Shown piece by piece: positions 57,345 to 64,000 of a DNA stretch of 64,000 bases (positions within the stretch are counted from its first letter, which is position 1; each line of letters opens with the position of its first letter). The stretch covers positions 73,842,001-73,906,000 of the forward strand of contig OZ076411.1 of the NCBI GenBank assembly GCA_964187785.1. The letters are read 5' to 3'. The notes under the pieces were generated by a model, which did no database searches, was not told the DNA's origin, and was given only the letters and a program-made list of their open reading frames with translations. The translations under genes were made by a program, and so were the position numbers. This stretch comes from Amphiscolops sp. MND2022 (taxonomy: Eukaryota).

Positions 57345-58311
57345 CCCATGTTGAGCACTCCCTGTGAATCTGTACTGATCTGTACAGATCCTGACAGATA
57401 TTCCAGGATTTGTCGAAAAAAAACTAGTCAAAAAACAGCTTTGAAATTGAAACTATTTGAATGAAAAGTGCACTACAAGATAAACACCCCTCCTAGTTGA
57501 AGTTTTGAAAAAAAATTTCGGTGCGAATCTGTACAGATCTGTTCAGATCCTGACAGATATTCCAGGATTTGTCGAAAAAAACTAGTCAAAAAACAGCTTT
57601 GAAATTGAAACTATTTGAATGAAAAGTGCACTACAAGATAAACACCCCTCCTAGTTGAAGTTTTGAAAAAAAATTTCGGTGCGAATCTGTACAGATCTGT
57701 TCAGATCCTGACAGATATTCCAGGATTTGTCAACCATACGAAAATGACCAATAAATTACTATAACGTATTCCAAGTTTCCAGCAATTACTAAAACTACTC
57801 CAGCAAACCATGTTCCGAAAATATTACAACCACGTCACTTTATCAACACCTCTACCAACCCAGACGGTAGCCACATGTCTATTTACATCCGCTAAATCGA
57901 AGTCAATACGGCAAACGAGCCTCTCAAAGTTGAACAACCACTTCTGGAAAGTTCAAGTGAAATGGATAAATTGGCGTGCAAAACCAATACCAAACATTCC
58001 CCACACACCAAACTTACTGTGATGGGGACAAGCTTTCCTGCTCAAGAATTTTGGGCGATGGAGACTTTCAACTGACTGAGAATTGGTCAGCGAAAATACT
58101 TGTTGAAGAATCCCAAAAATGCAATATATTGTTTCCCAGAAGCTCCGGAAAAAAATTTCCTGAAAAATCTGTACAGAAAATCCTTGAACATCTGTAAAGA
58201 TCCTTACAGATCTGCAGTTGTCCTTACGTAGCAGTGGCACGATCTTTACATATCCTCAAGGAAAAAAGGCTCACAGATCTGTACAGATTGTCAAGGAAAG
58301 CTCAACATGGG
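57345..58311. mobile_element. MITE with CCC...GGG termini, AT flanks and gatctgtacagatc subterminal repeats
   Basis: at|cccatgttgagc ... gctcaacatggg|at. Confidence 0.75.
57366..57731. repeat. Tandem repeat, 158-159-bp unit, about 2.3 copies, inside the MITE
   Basis: ctgacagatattccagg recurs at 57391, 57550 and 57708. Confidence 0.9.
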
Positions 58312-59559
58312 ATCTAAGTTAGTTCAAAGGGTCCCCCTTTTATGTTTTCCTTTTTTAACGTAACATACAAAAACGACAAAAACCAATGAGGTTTCTATGG
58401 TGTCTTTCTAGTGCACAGACTAGTGTCTATCACTTTGAGAGTTATTTTGCTGCTGTCCTGCCGACTGGTCAATGTCGCTGTAGTGGTTACACCATGGAGA
58501 ATCTTAAATGCCACAACTGTGCCTTTATCCGCTCGATAATATGACTGAATGATAAAATAGAAGCATTTGCATGCATTGACTTTTATTCACACTAGTCGGT
58601 TGCAAAAATACACAAAAGTTTCATCACCCGAAAGTCACTGTGAAACGAGGCAATCTATCACAATTGAGAATTCAATTCGGTTCTGCTATAAATTTCTTCG
58701 GCATTATTATCGAGCGGTTATACTCCCTATCACAAATTCTCCAGACATCGCCAACTTCGAAGGAGGCGTGTCTTTGGTCTGTTTCTGAGTAGAAGATACT
58801 ATTACACACGTCTTGTTTTAACGTCGATTTAGAGATCTTAACAACGGGAGCCGAACCTCAGCAGAAGTCGTTAAGTTGCTTGTGTAGATAATCTTCTCAA
58901 GAAGGGCATCAAGAAAATGTGGTGCGCGGAATAGGGTGAACTCCTACTGGTTGTTCTGGCGCGTGAAATTGAAACGAGTGACAACGGTTCTAGCGATGAA
59001 GAAGGTTTGAACTTAGCATCGAGCATCAAAAAGTTTTTTTTTCGGTATCGGAGGGTTTCGTTTCCATTGACGAGGGTGTCCTTTTCTTGCAATGAAACGA
59101 CTAAAGCATGATTTCAGGTGCAAGCGAGTGTGACAAAGCGGTAGATGTTGACACCGATTCGTTTCCCTGCTTTACAATTCTGTTTGTTTCCGTTTCCATT
59201 CCAATGGAAACGGTGATAGGTCCTACCTTGTACTTTGTTGACTCGTTGTTAGAAGAAAATTTTGTTGGAATTTCATTTTGCATTGAAACAGTTTGAATAT
59301 ACTTCCACTTTTTTTGCGTGGATTGAGAAAACAGTGATGAAAAAACTAAAAAGTTACAGAAATACCACGATTCATTTTTGATTTTTTAGCCAACGCAAAG
59401 CAAAATCGTCTCTTCAGTTACGGGGTAGAGATCAGTGCTTGACCATTGAGTTGCAGAAACGATGCCCAATATTGCCATGGTATCTGAAAGGGCACCGATT
59501 CAATAATAATATAGAAATGTCATTCAGGGTCAGGATTGGGAAAAGAAACTTTCATTCTT

Positions 59560-59561
59560 TT

Positions 59562-59593
<32 letters not shown>

Positions 59594-59598
59594 TTTTT
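59560..59598. repeat. (TTTC)n microsatellite
   Basis: Visible directly; abuts the Helentron-like element end. Confidence 0.85.
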
Positions 59599-60270
59599 AG
59601 TCGGCGCTTCATGAAGTGAAACGCGACTATTATAGTGACTCTTTTTTTTCTATCAACACGAACTGACCAAAATAGTTCTACAAAAGTTCTACAAAATATT
59701 ATTGCATCAAAATGCACTATTTGGTCTAGCGAACTGAACCAAAAAGGTTTTTCCTGTTTTTCCGCGTAACATACCATACCGGGCGAGACCAAAGACTCCC
59801 CCCTTTCATATTTTTCGGCACTGCGAGACTTTTTTTTTCGAAAAAAAAATTTTTCCCCAAAGGGTCCCCCTGCATTTTTTTTGATGTTTTGCGACAGAAT
59901 GGATATTGAAAAATCCCAAAGGGTCCCCCCTTTCAGTTTTTTTCGGCATTGTGAGATTTTTTCCCGAAAATGAAAATTTTTGTTTTCTTCAATTTTTTCA
60001 TGTTTTGCGACAGAATGGATGTTGAAAAACCTCAAAGGGTCCCCCCTTTCAGTTTTTCGGCATTGTGAGACTTTAGCGCGCCAGGGGCTCGCGCTAGCGA
60101 GCCCCGGCGCGCCACTCGGTCCATTTTTTGAGTATGTAATTTTTTCGAAAATTTTTTTTTCAAAAAATTTTGATTTTCGAGTACTGTAAAAGAGTACTTG
60201 ACACTTGGAAGTCTTTTTGCTATTTTTGAGCCTTGGATATGGCGCCGACTTGGGCCGGTCCCGGCTTGTT
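59598..60270 (-). mobile_element. Helentron/HINE-like non-autonomous repeat, longer copy of the 52705 family
   Basis: agtcggcgc (59599-59607, terminal) and gcgccgact (60242-60250, subterminal) form an asymmetric sub-TIR. Ends ...gggccggtcccggcttgtt; T-rich flanks; internal aagggtcccccc repeats. Further end fragments at about 14436-14760 and 57190-57235. Confidence 0.6.
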
Positions 60271-63200
60271 CTTTCTTCTTTCAGTTCCTCCCTCATTCCA
60301 TGTATGATAAAAAGTGTAGTAAAAACCACGCAACTGTAGTTTTCCTAACAAGTTTTTCTTTTTTGGCTCGGGTCGTATAGTTCCAGGCAAGAAATATGTC
60401 AGCAAAAGTTGTTTCGTATAATCTATATTGATGAAGTTTTCTCGAATTTTGAGGAAAAATGGCCCAGAATTAAAAAGCGTCCAACTTTCATTTCATCATT
60501 TTTTAAAAACTTTTTGTGCCAATTCTCCTGTTCATCATCAACGCCTGACATTTTAAAATATGCTACTAAATTGGTTGCTGAATGTTACTAAATGTCGGAA
60601 AAATATCGGTGTTTAGCGAGCTTCTAGTTGACTCTAAGTGCTAACCACGTAACGCTATGAGTTCATACATGAATGAAACATACCCTTGGGCGCAAAAAAC
60701 TTGAGACACTCGAATTCGCTGCCGAAAAATTTTAAAGCGCAGTAAGTATTTATGAACTTATTTGACAAGAAATCTCAGAGGCAAAAACTCTTCGATTTAT
60801 ATCAAAACAGATATATCACTTGGCATATTTTTGTGCCACGTATTATCTCCAAAACATCAGTTATACCGAAAAAGTCACGGTAAACATATCATATCTTTGA
60901 CTTTGTTCAGCAATTTTTCTGAAATTGTCCTCCTTGAAAATTTAAACTGCATAATGATCACCAAATGCAAATGCTTCAATTCCTTTTCCGAAAAAAATGT
61001 TTTAACGGAGTTACAACTGGGTCTGGCTTTTATTTTTAAGAAAAAGTGTAATAAGTAAAAAATACAGAATGCATCAATGCGGAAAAATCCCAAAAATTCT
61101 CAAAATACAGTGTTGAAAAGTCTGAAAACAGTGGAAACTGTCCGAAACCACCAGTTAACGATCTACATCTTTCAAATTTAGTTTTTTCCTTTTCCTGAGC
61201 ACCCCATTTCCTTATTTTATGTAAAGCAGGCTATTAAAACTTCACACAGAGCAATTTATTATCGATCAAAGCGTTAAACACGAAAAGTTTAAAGCACCGT
61301 GTTTGAAGTTCACACGAACAAAGCTTTTGAACAGATCAGTCAGACTGAAACAACAAATTTATGATCATTGATTTTTTTGTGAAACACAATTTCGTCATTG
61401 GCGACGCTCTTCAGATTGCCAACTTCACTCAGTGGAAAACCTAAAACGCTGCTTTGCTTCCAAACAGTGAAATGACTCACAATTTTACGTTGGTTGGCAC
61501 ACAAGGTCAGTATTGCTTTTAAAATAATTTTCGGCCGTCTCATAAATCTGTCGAAATCAGCTTACATACACTCGCTTAATCACAAAACCGGCTCAAAAAT
61601 ATTTCAAACGTAATTTGCTGAGAATAATTTGCAACGACCGAAAATTTGATGATTTAAATATGCAAATGGTACTCTCGGGTTTTTGAGTAACTGGAGATAA
61701 ATTTTGACTTTTAAATATGCTGTTCTAACTGTTCTACCAATGAAACAAGGGATATCCCTCTTGCAATGTTTTTGAGACATTTCAAAAAATAAATAATTAA
61801 AACTTTCGAGACGATGATAAAGCTGAGGAAAATAAAACCTTAAAAACACAAGACATTGAATTCAATTTTTTGAAATCAGGGCACCGTTGGTATAAAGCTT
61901 GTATCGAGTATCAATTGAGAAACAAACACCGAACAATGGATTCCATTGTAGGAATCTAGAAATACTAGGTGTGCAGCAACTTTTGGTACCTCGCTGTATA
62001 TATGTTTGCGAAATAAATAGTTCAAAAAATTTATCTGCTTCATTGAGGCGTAACACGATTGTACAAAATTTCCTTGAAAAGGTTATCAGCATTATTAAAG
62101 AGGTATAAACCTTGGGGAAAAACTTTCAAATCAGTATGATCTCGAATGGGAAGGCGCTTCTTTGCAAATTTCCTTAGCGTACATCTATGACTTGAAACCA
62201 TCGGCGAGCCACAAAAAACATCAGGAACCGCGTTTTGTCAGAAATGAGGAATTGGTCCATTCAATAGCTCGTTGTCTGTCGTATTCTGCTGCCTCTTAGC
62301 TGATTCTGTAAATCTTCCAGTTAGTTGACGTTATTTTCAAACTTCTGTCCGTGTTTGACTGGAGATTAATATTTTTCAGATTGATATACTTCGAAATCAC
62401 ATTGAATTATAATGTTAGTTGAATAATATAATAACCCTAATTTATTAAAATTTCGCTTCCAATGAGTCATATATATTGAACTTGGATAGAAAACGCGTCT
62501 TCAAAAAGTGCAAAACTTTTCCAGTGAAACTTTTCTAATTAGCCACCCATTTTTAAATTTCTATGAGTATAACATTTTTCACAACTAAAAAGTTGATTAC
62601 GTCGTCGTTATCAGAGAAATATACAGTAGTGAAAGAAATGTGCCCAACTCTTGACTGACAAAAACAATCCGAGCGAAAAGATTTCAACTAAATTTTTTTA
62701 ACAAGGCGGGATGAGATACTCCCCAACTGCGTTAGCGTAACAGCAGACAGGCCAGAAACCAGACGACACATTTAGCAGACTATTGATCGGACGAGCAAAT
62801 GATTAAAACAAAAGTTTCATTTTTTGCATCGCTTATCGGTATTGAAACCGGTGCCTTTGCAACCTTCACATCGAATGTTCCATGTATCGCCCGCTACGCT
62901 TGGCGGTGTATAGACCCTCGCTGCGGCTTGGGATACTAACCTGTCGCAAGCAATCACATTTAAATTGTATACTTACCACGTTATCTTAAGTTCAATTGTG
63001 CTTCAAATTCTAGGCATTGGAGTTTTGAGTTGACACAAACTTTGCTCAATGACACAAATATTGTTTTTTTTTGGTTTCTGGCTGATCTTGAAAAATTACG
63101 AACTACCTTCCCGAGATGCTAATGCACATTTCAATGTAGAAAGAAAATGCAGGTAATTCGAGGGTTGAAATTTGTTGATGCAATTGGCAGTTTAATACTA

Positions 63201-63379
63201 GGTACAGTAAATAGAAAGAGGAAAAATTTTACAGCAGCTTTTAGCACCTGAAGTACTGAACTTTTTGACATCAGACAACACCTCTATTTTGAAACAACGG
63301 CCATTTTTATCTTGAAAGTTCGCAAAAAATTGGATTGCACATCTTTTGGAAAGACAAGAAACTTTCAGTTCAACGTATT

Positions 63380-63960
63380 TCATAAATGAAACTTATTTTT
63401 CATATTAAGGCTTGAAAGTTTTTTCTGATTGTAAGAACTTAGGTCCCCAGTGTCCCTAAGGTCAAAAGCAAACATAGAGTCCTTTTTTGTTATTTTCGTT
63501 TTCAACCCACTTGTTTTGTCAATATTCTCCTGACCATTGCCCGACGATCCATACTCAGTGTCTCGGTGACTTGTCGACAGTGAACCCATATGGTTTTGTA
63601 TTTCAGGTATGACTCTGTCAATAATAGCAGAACTTATTAATCTGGGAATGCATTACTGACATCAGTGACCCCATCTCCTCCTAGAGGCACATAATAATCC
63701 CATTAGAGAATATTTCATAGACTCAAGCAGTCTATCCAGTCTCAGAATGGTGTTTTCGCTCGCCACTAAAGTCCCTTTCGCTTGTGACTCCTGTGAGAAG
63801 TTTCCTCTTGGTTGGTGAAGAACCTCAGTGTCATTGCTACTATTTGAACCAGTAATGATATTTGCTATTTCTCTTTTAATGCCATCCAGTTGGATTTACA
63901 ATTTCACTACTGAGCAATACATTCTTTTTTTTTCAAAGTCGGACATCACGTCCATCTCTC
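63380..63960 (-). pseudogene. Broken ORF, probably retroelement-derived
   Basis: Frames with stops read ..QLDGIKREIANII...SAIIDRVIPEIQNHMGSLSTSHRDTEYGSS..KTKITKKDSMFAFDLRD. No diagnostic domain. Confidence 0.3.
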
Positions 63961-64000
63961 TAGACCTTACTGTTTCTTAGGGTCACCTCGAGAGAGTAAT

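Noticed and set aside
59520-60329. 269-aa ORF with KKERKKER tail
   Set aside because: Chance frame through the Helentron-like repeat and the (TTTC)n microsatellite. The same applies to 52650..52964.

Overview
AT-rich, repeat-dominated eukaryotic (animal) DNA. The repeat style reminds me of acoel/invertebrate genomes, but that is inference only. One host gene is clear: an NSCL/NHLH-type neural bHLH gene on the minus strand (ATG at 715), running off the left edge and missing from the ORF track. A dense cluster of Pbx/Meis, Su(H) and CCAAT motifs and a perfect 92-bp palindrome lie upstream of it. The centrepiece is a young, complete, very large (19,134 bp) Ty3/Gypsy LTR retrotransposon on the minus strand (15929-35062; 714-bp LTRs with 4 substitutions; GGAT target-site duplication). 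Joining its in-frame stops and frameshifts gives two ORFs. ORF1 (~3,200 aa): coiled-coil extension, capsid, 2 CCHC knuckles, pseudo-protease, protease, dUTPase-like, RT, RNase H, integrase, AT-hook linker, two TARG1/OARD1-like macrodomains. ORF2 (~1,350 aa) sits in the env position behind a textbook splice acceptor; it has an SGNH-hydrolase-like domain and an unassigned helical region, with no obvious signal peptide. The element also has a tRNA-Lys-like PBS displaced 16 nt from the LTR, and an LTR/leader fold-back whose mismatches are all G-U compatible on the sense RNA. The rest of the window holds a BEL/Pao gag remnant, a Mutator-like element with fold-back repeat arrays, three solo-LTR-like elements, a decayed and rearranged Ty1/copia element with a 1.87-kb tandem duplication, CCC-ended MITEs and Helentron-like non-autonomous repeats. 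All domain calls come from my reading of motifs, not from database searches.
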